A DNA stretch of 64,000 nucleotides from Bacillota bacterium. Lineage in GTDB: Bacteria; Bacillota; Clostridia; Christensenellales; UMGS416. Both the position numbers and the translations under genes were made by a program. Of this stretch, positions 1 through 9,141 are shown piece after piece (the stretch's first letter is position 1; each line of letters opens with the position of its first letter). The notes under the pieces are model-generated. The model saw nothing but the letters and a program-made list of their open reading frames with translations, was not told where the DNA came from and searched no databases. Location: the NCBI GenBank assembly GCA_023435705.1, contig JAEYRH010000003.1, positions 202,737 through 266,736 of the forward strand, in the 5' to 3' direction.

Positions 1-715
1 CTCCCACCACCAGCAGCGAAAAATCCGAAGCCATCTTTGCCGTTGCCTGCAGCAGCAGGTTCACGTTTTTCTGCTCCACCAACCGGCCCACGAACAGCAG
101 CAGCGGCCTATCAGGCAAGCCGTATTGCCGCAGGATATCTGCCCTGTTGTCCGCGGTGCGCTCGGTTGGGCCAAAGTCACAGCCATTGGGCATCACGGTG
201 ATCGGCCCGCGATAACCGTATTCCCGCAGCGTTTGGGCAGTGCCGTTGCTCACGGCCCACACCTCATCCACTTGTGAGAAGAACTTGGCCGTATACCAGG
301 CGGCCAGCTTGCCGGCGTTTTCAGAATTGAGGCGCTGGGCAAAGTCGTCGGCATATTTGGAGTGGAATGTTGCCACCAGCGGGATGTCCTTTTTTCTGGC
401 TGTCATCAGCGCCAGCGTGCCGGAGGCAAAGGGGCAGTGGGTGTGCACCAGGTCCAGCGGCATGGTGTCCAGCGTATGGAAAGTCTTAAATGCGATTTCC
501 GGCAAACCCAGCATGTATTCCTTTTCTACCGACATCGGCATCGACGCGAACCGGTAGACTGGGAATTCCGCGTGATCATCCGCCATTGGGTGATTGGGTG
601 TGACCACGCAGCAGCTGCCATGCTTGCGGTTGAGCCATAAGGCGTAGTTGTGCATCACCATCGCCACGCCGTCAGTGACGGGTGGATAGGAATCATTGAA
701 TTGTGCCAGATGCAT
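1..715 (-). CDS. GT4-family glycosyltransferase, N-terminal part only (gene runs off the left edge); tandem paralog of 745..2121
   Basis: My translation of the minus strand from ATG 715..713 (RBS AAGGAGGA 6 nt upstream) gives MHLAQFNDSYPPVTDGVAMVMHNYALWLNRKHGSCCVV...VHTHCPFASGTLAL...LLLFVGRLVEQKN. This is collinear with the first ~240 aa of the neighbouring 458-aa ORF. It is absent from the ORF track because it is open at the window edge. Confidence 0.8.
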   Translation of the reverse strand, partial: MHLAQFNDSYPPVTDGVAMVMHNYALWLNRKHGSCCVVTPNHPMADDHAEFPVYRFASMPMSVEKEYMLGLPEIAFKTFHTLDTMPLDLVHTHCPFASGTLALMTARKKDIPLVATFHSKYADDFAQRLNSENAGKLAAWYTAKFFSQVDEVWAVSNGTAQTLREYGYRGPITVMPNGCDFGPTERTADNRADILRQYGLPDRPLLLFVGRLVEQKNVNLLLQATAKMASDFSLLVVG

Positions 716-744
716 AAGGCATCCTCCTTGGTGCGCCTGCTCTG

Positions 745-2121
745 TCAGCGGTCTTGCCTTTTCACGCCCTGTAGTATCCTGGCTCGGATCACATCCAAAC
801 GCTGCCGGTTTATGGCCTTCAGCGCGGCGGAGCGGCGGTGCGCCAGCCTGTCCAGGCTCTTGGTGGTGAACTTGATGCGCACTACCTGCTTGTTGAAGAT
901 TTCCTGCGCCAGCGCCGCCGGGATGGAATACCGTTTCCTGAGACCCTTTGCTGAAGATTTCTTATCGTGATACTCTGCGATGATGCGCTGGTATTCCACC
1001 GCCACCCGGTCTACGATTTTTTCCCAGGACACATAAACTGTTTCGCGGGCGTTGTCTCCAGCGGCCCGGATGGCGTGAGGATTGGCCAAAAGGTCCTTGA
1101 TCATGTTGCCATAAGCCGCCGGATCCAGCGCAGAGGTGAAACCGTTCACACCGTCGGTGATGCCTTCAGCGGCATTGGTTCCTGTGATCAACGCCGAGGG
1201 GCAGCCACAGGCAGCGGCCTCACGCACCACCAACGGGGCGTTATCATACACAGAGGGCAGCACAAACAGGTCTGCCGCCGCATAGATGCCCCGTAAAGGC
1301 TCCCGCTCGCGGATTGCTCCGGCGAACTTCACACGGTCAGCGATGCCCAACTCATGAGCCAGCTTCTGATAAGGCACAACTCCTTCGCCATCGCCGATAA
1401 TCAACAGGTTGAACTCGGCACCAGCTTTGATCTGCCCCAGAGCCTGCAGCAGGAAAGGCATGTTTTTCTGCTCCACCACCCGGCCCACGAAAAGCAAGAG
1501 CGGTTTGTCAGTCAGGCCAAACTGCCGGAGCACCGCCCTGCGGTTTTCTGCCGTGCGGGTCATGGGTTCAAAATCGCAGCCATTGGGCATTACGGTGATC
1601 GGGCCGCGATATCCATATTCCCGCAGCGTTTGTGCGGTGCTGTTGTTCACAGCCCAGGCTTCGTCGGCCATGGAAAAGAACTTGGCGGTGTAGCGTGCTG
1701 CGATCTTCCCGGCGTTTTCCATCTTGAGCCGCTGGGCAAAGTCGTCAGCAAACTTGGAGTGGAACGTGGCCACCAGAGGCACGTCCTTTTTCACAGCTGT
1801 TTTCATCGCCAGCGTGCCGGAGGCGAAGGGGCAATGGGCATGCACCAGGTCGATGGGCAGCTCGCTTAGCTTTTGGGAAGTGCGGAACGCGATCTGGGGG
1901 AGGCCCAGGCTGTATTCCTTGACCACAAACAGCGGCATGGACGCAAACCGGATCACCGGGAATTCCTCATCATATTCATGGCCCGCGGCCAATGCGTGCT
2001 GGGGGGCGGCCACACAACAACCGCCATGCTTGCGGTTGAGCCATACGGCATAGTTGCGCGTTGTCTGGGCCACACCGTCGGTTTGCGGCGGATATGACTC
2101 ATTGAACATTGCATAATACAT
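745..2121 (-). CDS. GT4-family (group 1) glycosyltransferase, probably a diacylglycerol glycolipid synthase type, with a basic C-terminal tail
   Basis: 458-aa ORF. N-terminus reads NESYPPQTDGVAQTTRNY, with the GT-B features HAHCPFASG, LLLFVGRVVEQKN and LPSVYDNAPLVVREAAACG. RBS AGGAAAGGA lies upstream. Confidence 0.85.
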   Translation of the reverse strand: MYYAMFNESYPPQTDGVAQTTRNYAVWLNRKHGGCCVAAPQHALAAGHEYDEEFPVIRFASMPLFVVKEYSLGLPQIAFRTSQKLSELPIDLVHAHCPFASGTLAMKTAVKKDVPLVATFHSKFADDFAQRLKMENAGKIAARYTAKFFSMADEAWAVNNSTAQTLREYGYRGPITVMPNGCDFEPMTRTAENRRAVLRQFGLTDKPLLLFVGRVVEQKNMPFLLQALGQIKAGAEFNLLIIGDGEGVVPYQKLAHELGIADRVKFAGAIREREPLRGIYAAADLFVLPSVYDNAPLVVREAAACGCPSALITGTNAAEGITDGVNGFTSALDPAAYGNMIKDLLANPHAIRAAGDNARETVYVSWEKIVDRVAVEYQRIIAEYHDKKSSAKGLRKRYSIPAALAQEIFNKQVVRIKFTTKSLDRLAHRRSAALKAINRQRLDVIRARILQGVKRQDR

Positions 2122-2342
2122 TGCGTTTCCTTTCCTGTCGGTCCAAGCTTGGGCACACGGATTAAGGTATGACGCTTGTGACGTTATTATCCAAACTAAT
2201 CATATAACGGAAAAGGGGATTTGAGTATGCTTTTATGACGTTATGAATATCAGCATCATTATTATAATGCGCTTGTGGGAAAATGCAAGAAGGCCACAAG
2301 ACGGAGGACTGCGCGAAAGATGCCGATTTTGCGGCAAGCATG

Positions 2343-2374
2343 AAAAAGCCGCACCGGAGTACCCAGTGCGGCTT
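2343..2374 (-). terminator. Rho-independent terminator after the oxidoreductase fusion gene
   Basis: Stem AAGCCGCAC / GTGCGGCTT with an 11-nt loop. The A-run on the plus strand gives a U-run on the minus-strand transcript. Confidence 0.7.
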
Positions 2375-2385
2375 AGTGCTGCTGG

Positions 2386-4830
2386 CTAAATGAACAGGTT
2401 TGTGTCGGCTGTTTCAGCGGCTGCCAGATAACTGGCAACACCTGCCACCTCCACACCATCGATGAATTCCTCTTTGCGCAGGCTCATCACATCCATGCTC
2501 ATCGTGCAGGCGATGATCCGCACCCCGTTGTGCAGCGCCTGCTGGATGAAGTCTTCCAATGAGGACACATTCTTCTTGCCCATCATGTAGCGGATCATCC
2601 TGGGCCCGATGCCGGCCATGTTCATCTTGGAGATGCCCAACCGCCCCGATCCCCGTGGCATCATCATGCCAAACATTTTGCCCAGCAGATCCTTGCCCAC
2701 CTTCACGCGCTTGGGCTTGCGCAAGGCATTGAGCCCCCAGAATGTGAAGAACATCGTGACCTTCCGGCCCATTGCCGCAGCACCATTGGCGATCACAAAG
2801 GCAGCAAGCACCTTGTCCAGATCCTGGGAAAACACAATGATCGTCTTGTCATTGCCGGTGGCTGTCACCGGTTCGCTGCTGTCCTTTACAGCGCCCTTGC
2901 GGATCACGGCGGTGTAGGCACCGTTCTGATACTCATTGCTCACCAGCGTGTTGCCTGTGCGGGAGCACCAGGGGCCGATGTCGGAGGAAAAGCCCGGGTC
3001 GGTCGCCATTACCTTGACCAGTTCACCGGGTTTTGCAGTTTCCAGCGCCTGGAAGGTGGACATGATCGGGCCGGGGCACTGCAACCCCCTGGCATCAATC
3101 TCCAATATGTGATCACCTTCGGAGTTTTCTGCTTTCACCTGCTCCTTATCCGCGCCGCAGGGCAGGGGAGCCCGCTTGGGCGCGGCAGGGGCCGGTGCTG
3201 TGGCCGTGCGCCAGGTCTTGTAGCCGCCGGTCAGGTTGCGGGCGCGGAACCCATGCTGCAGCAGCATCCGTGTGGCCACATGGCCCCTCAGGCCCACCTG
3301 GCAGATCACCCAGATTTCCTTGTCCTTCGGCAACCGGTCAAGCTGCCCGCGCAGGCTGTCCACCGGGATGTTGATGGCATCCTCGATGGTACCGGCGGCG
3401 TATTCGGCGGTTGTGCGCACATCCAGCAGGAAGGTTTCCTGTTTGTCACGGTCTGCAAAGTCATGCCATTGCACCATCGGCATATCGCCCCGCAGGTGAT
3501 TGGCGGCCACAAAGCCAGCCACGTTCACCGGATCCTTGGCTGAGGAGAAGGGTGGCGCGTAAGTAAGCTCCAGGTGCTCCAGGTCAAACACGGTCATGCC
3601 GGCCCGGATGGCTGTGGCGATCACGTCGATGCGTTTGTCCACCCCTTCAATGCCCACTGCTTGCGCGCCCAGGATTTTGCCGGAGGGCTTCTCGAACAGC
3701 AGCTTCAGCGATAGCGGCGTGGCGCCAGGGTAGTATCCGGCATGGGAGCCGCTGTGGGTATAGACCTTGTCATAATCAACCTTGCGGGCGATCAGCTGGC
3801 GCTCATTGTTGCCCACCATCGCGGCGGCCCAGTCAAACACCTTGATCACCGAGGCGCCCAGCGTGTCGCGATACTCGATGGAGCGGCCTGTGATGTTGTC
3901 TGCCGCGATGCGGCCCTGGCGGTTGGCCGGCCCTGCCAGCGGGATGCGGGCGGCATCGCCGGACATGAAGTCTTTCACTTCCACCGCGTCACCCACAGCA
4001 TAGATGTGCTCGTCGCTGGTGCGCATGCGGCTGTCCACGGCAATTCCGCCGGTAACACCCAGCTTAAGGCCTGCGGAAACGGCAAGCTTGGTCTCGGGCT
4101 TCACGCCGATGCCCAGCACGGCGAAGTCTGCCTCAATGACCAGGCCGCTCGCAAGCTGGATTGCCACACCACAATCGATGTCTTTGGCTCCGGAAATACC
4201 GTCGGAAAGGTGTACAGCCACATTGTTTGCGCTCAGGATAGGGTTCAGCAGCGCAGCCATTTCGCGATCCAGAGGCCCGATGATGTGATCGGCCAGCTCC
4301 ACCACGTCCACCTGCATGCCCAGGTGGGCCAGGTTTTCGGCCACTTCGATGCCAATGTAGCCCGCGCCGATCACCACGGCCCGCTTGGCGCCTTTTGTTG
4401 CCTCAATGATTTTTTGCATATCCGGGATGTTGCGCAGCGTAAAAATCCGCTTGCTGTCCAGGCCGGGCAGCGGCGGGCGGATGGGCTCGGCGCCGGGGGC
4501 CAGCACCAGATAATCATAGCCCTCCTCATATTGCCTGCCGCTTTGCAGGTCGGTGAGCTTCACGGTCTTTGCTGCGGCATCCACAGCCGTGGCCTCTGTG
4601 TTGACGCGCACATCGATGTGGAAGCGGTTGTTGAGGCTTTCCGGTGTCTGCAGCAGCAGATCGTCTTCTTCTTTAATGACTCCGCTGATATGATAAGGTA
4701 AGCCGCAGTTGGCGAACGAAACGAAACTGCCGCGCTCGATCAGGATGATCTGGGCATGCTCGTCAAGCCGCCGCAGCCTCGCCGCAGCAGAGGCACCGCC
4801 GGCCACGCCGCCAATGATTAAAACTTTCAT
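2386..4830 (-). CDS. Four-domain fusion: CoA-disulfide reductase-like FAD/NAD(P) oxidoreductase + rhodanese + TusA/SirA-like + DsrE/DrsE-like
   Basis: Start taken at MKVLIIGGVAGGASAA (GGGGG RBS), not the longer ORF start at 4929. Motifs seen: SFANCGLPYH (redox Cys), ICQVGLRGH (rhodanese Cys loop), GLQCPGPIM (TusA CPxP), MFFTFWGLNAL and IACTMSMD (DsrE/DrsE-like). Confidence 0.85.
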   Translation of the reverse strand: MKVLIIGGVAGGASAAARLRRLDEHAQIILIERGSFVSFANCGLPYHISGVIKEEDDLLLQTPESLNNRFHIDVRVNTEATAVDAAAKTVKLTDLQSGRQYEEGYDYLVLAPGAEPIRPPLPGLDSKRIFTLRNIPDMQKIIEATKGAKRAVVIGAGYIGIEVAENLAHLGMQVDVVELADHIIGPLDREMAALLNPILSANNVAVHLSDGISGAKDIDCGVAIQLASGLVIEADFAVLGIGVKPETKLAVSAGLKLGVTGGIAVDSRMRTSDEHIYAVGDAVEVKDFMSGDAARIPLAGPANRQGRIAADNITGRSIEYRDTLGASVIKVFDWAAAMVGNNERQLIARKVDYDKVYTHSGSHAGYYPGATPLSLKLLFEKPSGKILGAQAVGIEGVDKRIDVIATAIRAGMTVFDLEHLELTYAPPFSSAKDPVNVAGFVAANHLRGDMPMVQWHDFADRDKQETFLLDVRTTAEYAAGTIEDAINIPVDSLRGQLDRLPKDKEIWVICQVGLRGHVATRMLLQHGFRARNLTGGYKTWRTATAPAPAAPKRAPLPCGADKEQVKAENSEGDHILEIDARGLQCPGPIMSTFQALETAKPGELVKVMATDPGFSSDIGPWCSRTGNTLVSNEYQNGAYTAVIRKGAVKDSSEPVTATGNDKTIIVFSQDLDKVLAAFVIANGAAAMGRKVTMFFTFWGLNALRKPKRVKVGKDLLGKMFGMMMPRGSGRLGISKMNMAGIGPRMIRYMMGKKNVSSLEDFIQQALHNGVRIIACTMSMDVMSLRKEEFIDGVEVAGVASYLAAAETADTNLFI

Positions 4831-5088
4831 ATGAGAACCCCCTATATCAACTAGTATGAACGAACCCAATGTTAATGATTTATCAATGTGGATTATGTGA
4901 CCGGGGTTACACTGTGCAGCAGTTTTCATTTCAATTGAGATATTGGGTTCTCAAATATGGGTTTTATCGGTTAATCTGGAACTTTTGGCTTGTTTTCTTG
5001 CTTTTTCATGACTGAATGATTGCAATAACATGAAGAATAAGATAAAATAAACAACTGCAAAACAGATGATATAAAGCGGAGGGATTCG

Positions 5089-5829
5089 ATGTCTGGCCAT
5101 TCCAAATGGGCTACGATGCACAGGAAAAAGGAAAAGATAGACGCAGCAAAGGGCAAGGTTTTCACCAAGCTTGGGCGCGAGATCATGGTGGCGGTGAAAG
5201 AGGGCGGCGGGCCCAATGTGGACGCCAACATGCGCCTGAAGGAGTGCATCAACAAGGCCAAGGCGGCCAACATGCCCAACGACAACATCAAGCGCCTGAT
5301 CGAAAAGGCAGCTGGAGCCGCGGATGGCGCCGGTTATGAAGAGATTTCCTATGAGGGCTACGGCCCCGGTGGCATTGCTGTGATCGTGGAAGTGCTCACA
5401 GACAACCGCAACCGCACCGCGCCTGAAATCCGCCACAGCTTTGACCGGTCCGGCGGTTCGCTGGGCGCGACCGGCTGCGTGGGCTGGATGTTTGACCGCA
5501 AGGGAGTCATCATTGTGGAAGAGCTGGGCAAACTCTCCGAGGATGATTTGATGATGACGGCGCTGGATGCCGGCGCCGAGGATATCTCCGGTGAAGAGGG
5601 CATTTATGAGATATTGACCGCACCGGCGGATATCACCGTGGTGCAGGAAGCGCTGGAAAAAGCCGGCGTTGCGATCGCTTCTTCTGAGGTGATGATGGTG
5701 CCGCAAAACACCACGGCAGTAGAGGGCGAGACGGCTGAGAAGCTGGTAAGGCTGGTGGAGCTGCTGGAGGATAATGATGACGTGCAAAACGTTTATCACA
5801 ACGCCGACATTCCGGAGGAACTGGCATAA
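5089..5829 (+). CDS. yebC: YebC/PmpR-family transcriptional regulator
   Basis: MSGHSKWATMHRKKEKIDAAKGKVFTKLGREI is the hallmark N-terminus of the family. 246 aa. RBS GGAGGGA. Confidence 0.9.
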   Translation: MSGHSKWATMHRKKEKIDAAKGKVFTKLGREIMVAVKEGGGPNVDANMRLKECINKAKAANMPNDNIKRLIEKAAGAADGAGYEEISYEGYGPGGIAVIVEVLTDNRNRTAPEIRHSFDRSGGSLGATGCVGWMFDRKGVIIVEELGKLSEDDLMMTALDAGAEDISGEEGIYEILTAPADITVVQEALEKAGVAIASSEVMMVPQNTTAVEGETAEKLVRLVELLEDNDDVQNVYHNADIPEELA

Positions 5830-5864
5830 GGCAGATGCTTCCAGGGATTTGATCCGTCATATGC

Positions 5865-5897
5865 AAAAAGCCGGGGCGACCCGGCTTTTGTGTTTTT
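5865..5897. terminator. Bidirectional rho-independent terminator between the convergent yebC and 3D-domain genes
   Basis: AAAAA-GCCGGG-gcga-CCCGGC-TTTTGTGTTTTT: a GC stem flanked by an A-run and a T-run. Confidence 0.8.
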
Positions 5898-5940
5898 CAT
5901 CTCACTAAATGAATTGACCTGGCTGTGGGTTGCAGCTGGC

Positions 5941-7329
5941 TTAAGGCCGCGTGTAATTGTATTTCACAATGAACACTTCCACGTTTCTGCGGCGGCCCCA
6001 TTTGTAGCATTCATCCCTGGTGTTCATAAACACGTCGCCCATCATTGAGCTGTCACCTTCGTTTGATCCGGTGTCTTCAGCTACGCAGTATCCATAGCCG
6101 GTCACATACAGCAGTGTGTTGCGCGGGATCGATTTAAAGCTTACGGCAATGGTGCCCGGCTTTTGCAGCGTGCGGGTGAATTGCGGCCACCTTCCCAGCG
6201 CTACCTTGCGGCCGGTGTGGGTATAGGCGGTAATCGTCATATACCGCACTTCCTCAAAGGTGTTGGGCTTCGCCGGGATGACCATGTCTTCCGGTTTTAC
6301 ATGGGCATAAATGCCGGAATACTGGCTGCCGTTGTCATTGTCGCCGGAGCCGCCGGAGTTACCGCCAGATGATCCGCCGGAGTTACCGCCTGAATGGCCT
6401 CCTGAGTTGCCTCCAGAGTTACCACTGGAACTGCCGCCGGAACTGCCGCCGGATGGTTTCGTTACCACACCTGTGCCCTTGAGTATGATCCTGTCCACCG
6501 GGGCCTCTTTGGTAATGGTCTTGATGATGGTGCGGCTGACTTCGATGCCGTTTTTATAGATCACTTCCACCATCTTCTGCCGCACACCCTGCTTGCCGTT
6601 TTGCTTGACTTGCGTTTTACCCTTCAGCAAAGAGCTGCTATTTTGATAAACTGTTTTGTACTTTTCATTTTGGAGCTCGGTTTCGACAACTGTCTCCACC
6701 TTGACATGCTTCACCCGCAAGCCTGCCGTCAGCGCTGTCTCCAATGGCGGGCTGATCTCATCATCCTGATCAAAGCTGATTTTTGCCTGTGCCAGCGCGT
6801 CTTCCACGGAGCCACCCACGATGTATAAAGGTTGCAGCGTTTCACCGCCGCTGTTGATATACACCAGCATCGCGCGGTTTACCACCACAACCATTCCATC
6901 AGACAGCCTGGTGTTTCTGGCGGGCATGACTTCGTCTTTAGGCCCAAGGCGCACATTGTTCTGCTCCAGCAAGTCGCCCACGGTGCGGGCGGTTGTCTTC
7001 ACTGCCATCTTGATGGGGCCGTTCTCAATCCGCACGCTCATTTCCTTGGATTTCGCATACACCATCACGCCCAGAAGGATGCCCACTGACGCGAACAATA
7101 TCAGGCACATCGCCAGCACAATCTTGGCAATGGGCAGGTTGGATGCCATTACCCGGGCAGCCTGCGCCATGTTGCCTGCGGGCAACTGGATCTGGCGGGT
7201 GCGCACTTTCATGCGCTCAGCCAGCCCTGTGCGGCGTCGCAGCAGCATGCCGGGGTCGCTCAAGCGTTTGTGAGCCACCCTGGCGCCGTTGTTGGCCCGT
7301 TTGATCCTGCCTGTTCTGGAGTAATCCAC
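5941..7329 (-). CDS. YabE/RpfB-like cell-wall protein: membrane anchor, DUF348 repeats, G5 domain, Gly/Ser linker, C-terminal 3D domain
   Basis: GTG start with TAGGAG RBS. One TM segment (IAKIVLAMCLILFASVGILLGVMVY). G5-like segment (YKTVYQNSSSLLKGKTQVKQNGKQGVRQKMVEVIYKNG). 3D-like end (ITAYTHTGRKVALG...VAEDTG...DVFM). Confidence 0.8.
   Translation of the reverse strand: MDYSRTGRIKRANNGARVAHKRLSDPGMLLRRRTGLAERMKVRTRQIQLPAGNMAQAARVMASNLPIAKIVLAMCLILFASVGILLGVMVYAKSKEMSVRIENGPIKMAVKTTARTVGDLLEQNNVRLGPKDEVMPARNTRLSDGMVVVVNRAMLVYINSGGETLQPLYIVGGSVEDALAQAKISFDQDDEISPPLETALTAGLRVKHVKVETVVETELQNEKYKTVYQNSSSLLKGKTQVKQNGKQGVRQKMVEVIYKNGIEVSRTIIKTITKEAPVDRIILKGTGVVTKPSGGSSGGSSSGNSGGNSGGHSGGNSGGSSGGNSGGSGDNDNGSQYSGIYAHVKPEDMVIPAKPNTFEEVRYMTITAYTHTGRKVALGRWPQFTRTLQKPGTIAVSFKSIPRNTLLYVTGYGYCVAEDTGSNEGDSSMMGDVFMNTRDECYKWGRRRNVEVFIVKYNYTRP
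6341..6456 (-). repeat. In-frame tandem repeat with ~15-nt period encoding (G/S)-N-S-G-G units inside the 3D-domain gene
   Basis: The plus strand reads ccgccggagttaccgcc... repeatedly. The protein reads SGGSSGGSSSGNSGGNSGGHSGGNSGGSSGGNSGGSG. Confidence 0.85.
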
Positions 7330-7363
7330 GTGTAGCTCCTATTGGTCCGGTGCGTGATACTGT

Positions 7364-7393
7364 ATTATAGTATAGGCCTGTTTATACTGTCAA
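7364..7393 (-). promoter_or_regulatory. Sigma-A type promoter of the 3D-domain gene
   Basis: The minus strand reads TTGACA - 18 nt - TATAAT, about 30 nt upstream of the GTG start. Confidence 0.6.
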
Positions 7394-7600
7394 ATATTGT
7401 GTAGACCCCATGTATCATGCATGCCATCCTCTGGAAATGCAGGAAATAAGCAGCAATCTGTTATGCAGTGCTCTCAAATGAGATGATATGATAAACGCAA
7501 ATGAATGGAATTTTGTAAACTATTTGTAAAGATCACGAGATGATACCAAGCGCGCGGCCAGTGAATTCCGGTCTGGGGTTGCGAAGAAGTGCCGTGCGGT

Positions 7601-8941
7601 TCAATCCGTTTCCATCAACCACAGATAACCCTTTGCAACTGCGTCTGCCATCAGCTGTTCGGTATTGGCAAGTGACTTTTTTGCCTGGTTGAGATAGGCT
7701 TTGGTGTTCAAGCCGTATTGCTCCGGGGAAGCGATCGCCCTGGCCAGCGGCAATATGGTGAAATGGCGTCCGCCGGTCGTATACATATAGGTCCATGTCG
7801 GCAGGTACTGAACCGATTCGATGGTCGCTGTGCCGCCATAGGGCTTGGTGAGGTTCAGCCGCAGGATCATGCTATCCTCAGAGTATTTGAAGCTATAGCC
7901 GGTGCCTTTGAACTCATCCCGCTGGCAGGAGAAAAAGTTGCCCAGGGAATAGGCCACGATCGTCTTGCCGCCGGTCAGGCCATTGGGCAGCAGGTCCACC
8001 TCCTGTAGCCAGTGGGGATGACTGCCGATCACCACATCCACACCGGCTTTGGCCAGCCCGGCTGCCAATTTCTTCTGGTTGGCGTCTGGCGGGCGGCGGT
8101 ATTCCGCACCCCAATGCATGCAGAAGACCACCAGCTCCGCGCCATCTTCGCGCATATGGCGGGCCATAGCGGCCATTTCCTGCAGGTCTGCGTCGATGGT
8201 CTGATTGGAGAATACATTCACAAGGCCCTTCACATCATCGCCCAACTTCTGGTAATCCAGCTTGATGCTTCCATCCTTTGTGCGGGTGCACCACGTGTAG
8301 GCTGCAATTCCGATCTTCACACCCTTTACATCTGCAATCAGATAGGGCTTGTCTTCCGCCTTCTCTCGGATTCCCGTGCAGGCGATCCCCTTGCTTTCAA
8401 GCAAGTCCAGCGTGTGAAAAATGCCTGTGCCCCAGGTGTTGTTGGCATGGTTGTTGGCAGTCTGCAATACGTCAAAACCTGCCAGCTGCAGCGTGTCTGC
8501 CACCTCATCCGGTGCGTTGAAGATCAGGCTTTTCCGCTGGGAATATGGGGGCTTGCCGCCCAGCGTACACTCGAAATTGCCCATAGTCAGGTCGGCGCTG
8601 CCCAGAATTTCGTTGATGTATTGGAAACTGTAGTTGAAATCATAGGTCTTGGTTTTTTTGTCATAAGCCGATAGGATCTCAAAATACTGAAACATGATGT
8701 CGCCCACAGCCATCAGGCTCACGTGTGTGGGCTCCGGTGTTGGGGTTGGTTCCGCTGTCGTGGGCAAGGGGGAGGGGGTGGGCGTTGGCGTGGGTTCCGC
8801 TGTGGCCGTCTGTGCCGCTATAGTTGCGGTTGCCTGTGGTGGGGGCGTGGTTGGCATGGTCGTTTGACCGCTCAACCCATCGCAGCCTGTTAGCAAAACG
8901 CAAAGCGCCACAATCATCATTTTCCGAATCAGCATGTGCAT
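7601..8941 (-). CDS. CapA-family (PGA_cap metallophosphatase-like) lipoprotein
   Basis: Signal peptide with lipobox LLTGC, then a Pro/Thr-rich linker. Then LMAVGDIMFQ..., NFECT, LQTANNHANN and GSHPHWLQE, all typical of the CapA family. Confidence 0.8.
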   Translation of the reverse strand: MHMLIRKMMIVALCVLLTGCDGLSGQTTMPTTPPPQATATIAAQTATAEPTPTPTPSPLPTTAEPTPTPEPTHVSLMAVGDIMFQYFEILSAYDKKTKTYDFNYSFQYINEILGSADLTMGNFECTLGGKPPYSQRKSLIFNAPDEVADTLQLAGFDVLQTANNHANNTWGTGIFHTLDLLESKGIACTGIREKAEDKPYLIADVKGVKIGIAAYTWCTRTKDGSIKLDYQKLGDDVKGLVNVFSNQTIDADLQEMAAMARHMREDGAELVVFCMHWGAEYRRPPDANQKKLAAGLAKAGVDVVIGSHPHWLQEVDLLPNGLTGGKTIVAYSLGNFFSCQRDEFKGTGYSFKYSEDSMILRLNLTKPYGGTATIESVQYLPTWTYMYTTGGRHFTILPLARAIASPEQYGLNTKAYLNQAKKSLANTEQLMADAVAKGYLWLMETD

Positions 8942-9141
8942 CGCCCCGCCTATTTTTGACAGTATATGACAAGAATGTTATAATTATATCATATTCTAAG
9001 AACTTTGCATCCAGTGAATGACAATAACAAAGTCTAAAAATCAATCGCATAACAAAAACATTTGTTCCTGCCAAACCATGACAACCATCTGTCTTGTTTG
9101 AAGTTGTATACTGGGCTCATCAAACAACAGGAGGGTTTCCC

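Noticed and set aside
2169-2244. Recurring TGACGTTAT / ATGACG motifs (2169, 2179, 2236, and inverted at 2214) upstream of the glycosyltransferase gene, as a possible operator or CRP-like site.
   Set aside because: The motifs are short, in an AT-rich region, with irregular spacing and no match to a TGTGA-N6-TCACA type dyad. This is not enough to call a site.
3742-4701. 319-aa plus-strand ORF, together with many other long ORFs in the track: 36371..37603 (-), 43866..44855 (-), 47599..48672 (+), 29298..30140 (-), 20106..20750 (-), 53792..54532 (-), 9249..10037 (-), 4951..5799 (-), 18988..19842 (-) and 23366..24109 (-).
   Set aside because: Each lies antisense to, or out of frame within, a gene with clear family motifs. 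Their translations are low-complexity and Arg/Gly/His/Pro-rich, as expected for shadow ORFs in GC-rich coding DNA, and none has a convincing RBS.
4862-4950. 9-bp inverted repeat GAACCCAAT ... ATTGGGTTC, 71 nt apart, in the divergent region between the oxidoreductase fusion gene and yebC.
   Set aside because: A single 9-mer match within a ~250-bp spacer is roughly at chance expectation, and there is no supporting second motif.
7330-7600. Possible c-di-AMP (ydaO-type) riboswitch upstream of the YabE/Rpf-like cell-wall gene.
   Set aside because: A consensus promoter sits only about 30 nt from the start codon, so the leader is far too short. The upstream 200 nt are AT-rich and lack the conserved pseudo-symmetric GC-rich helices.
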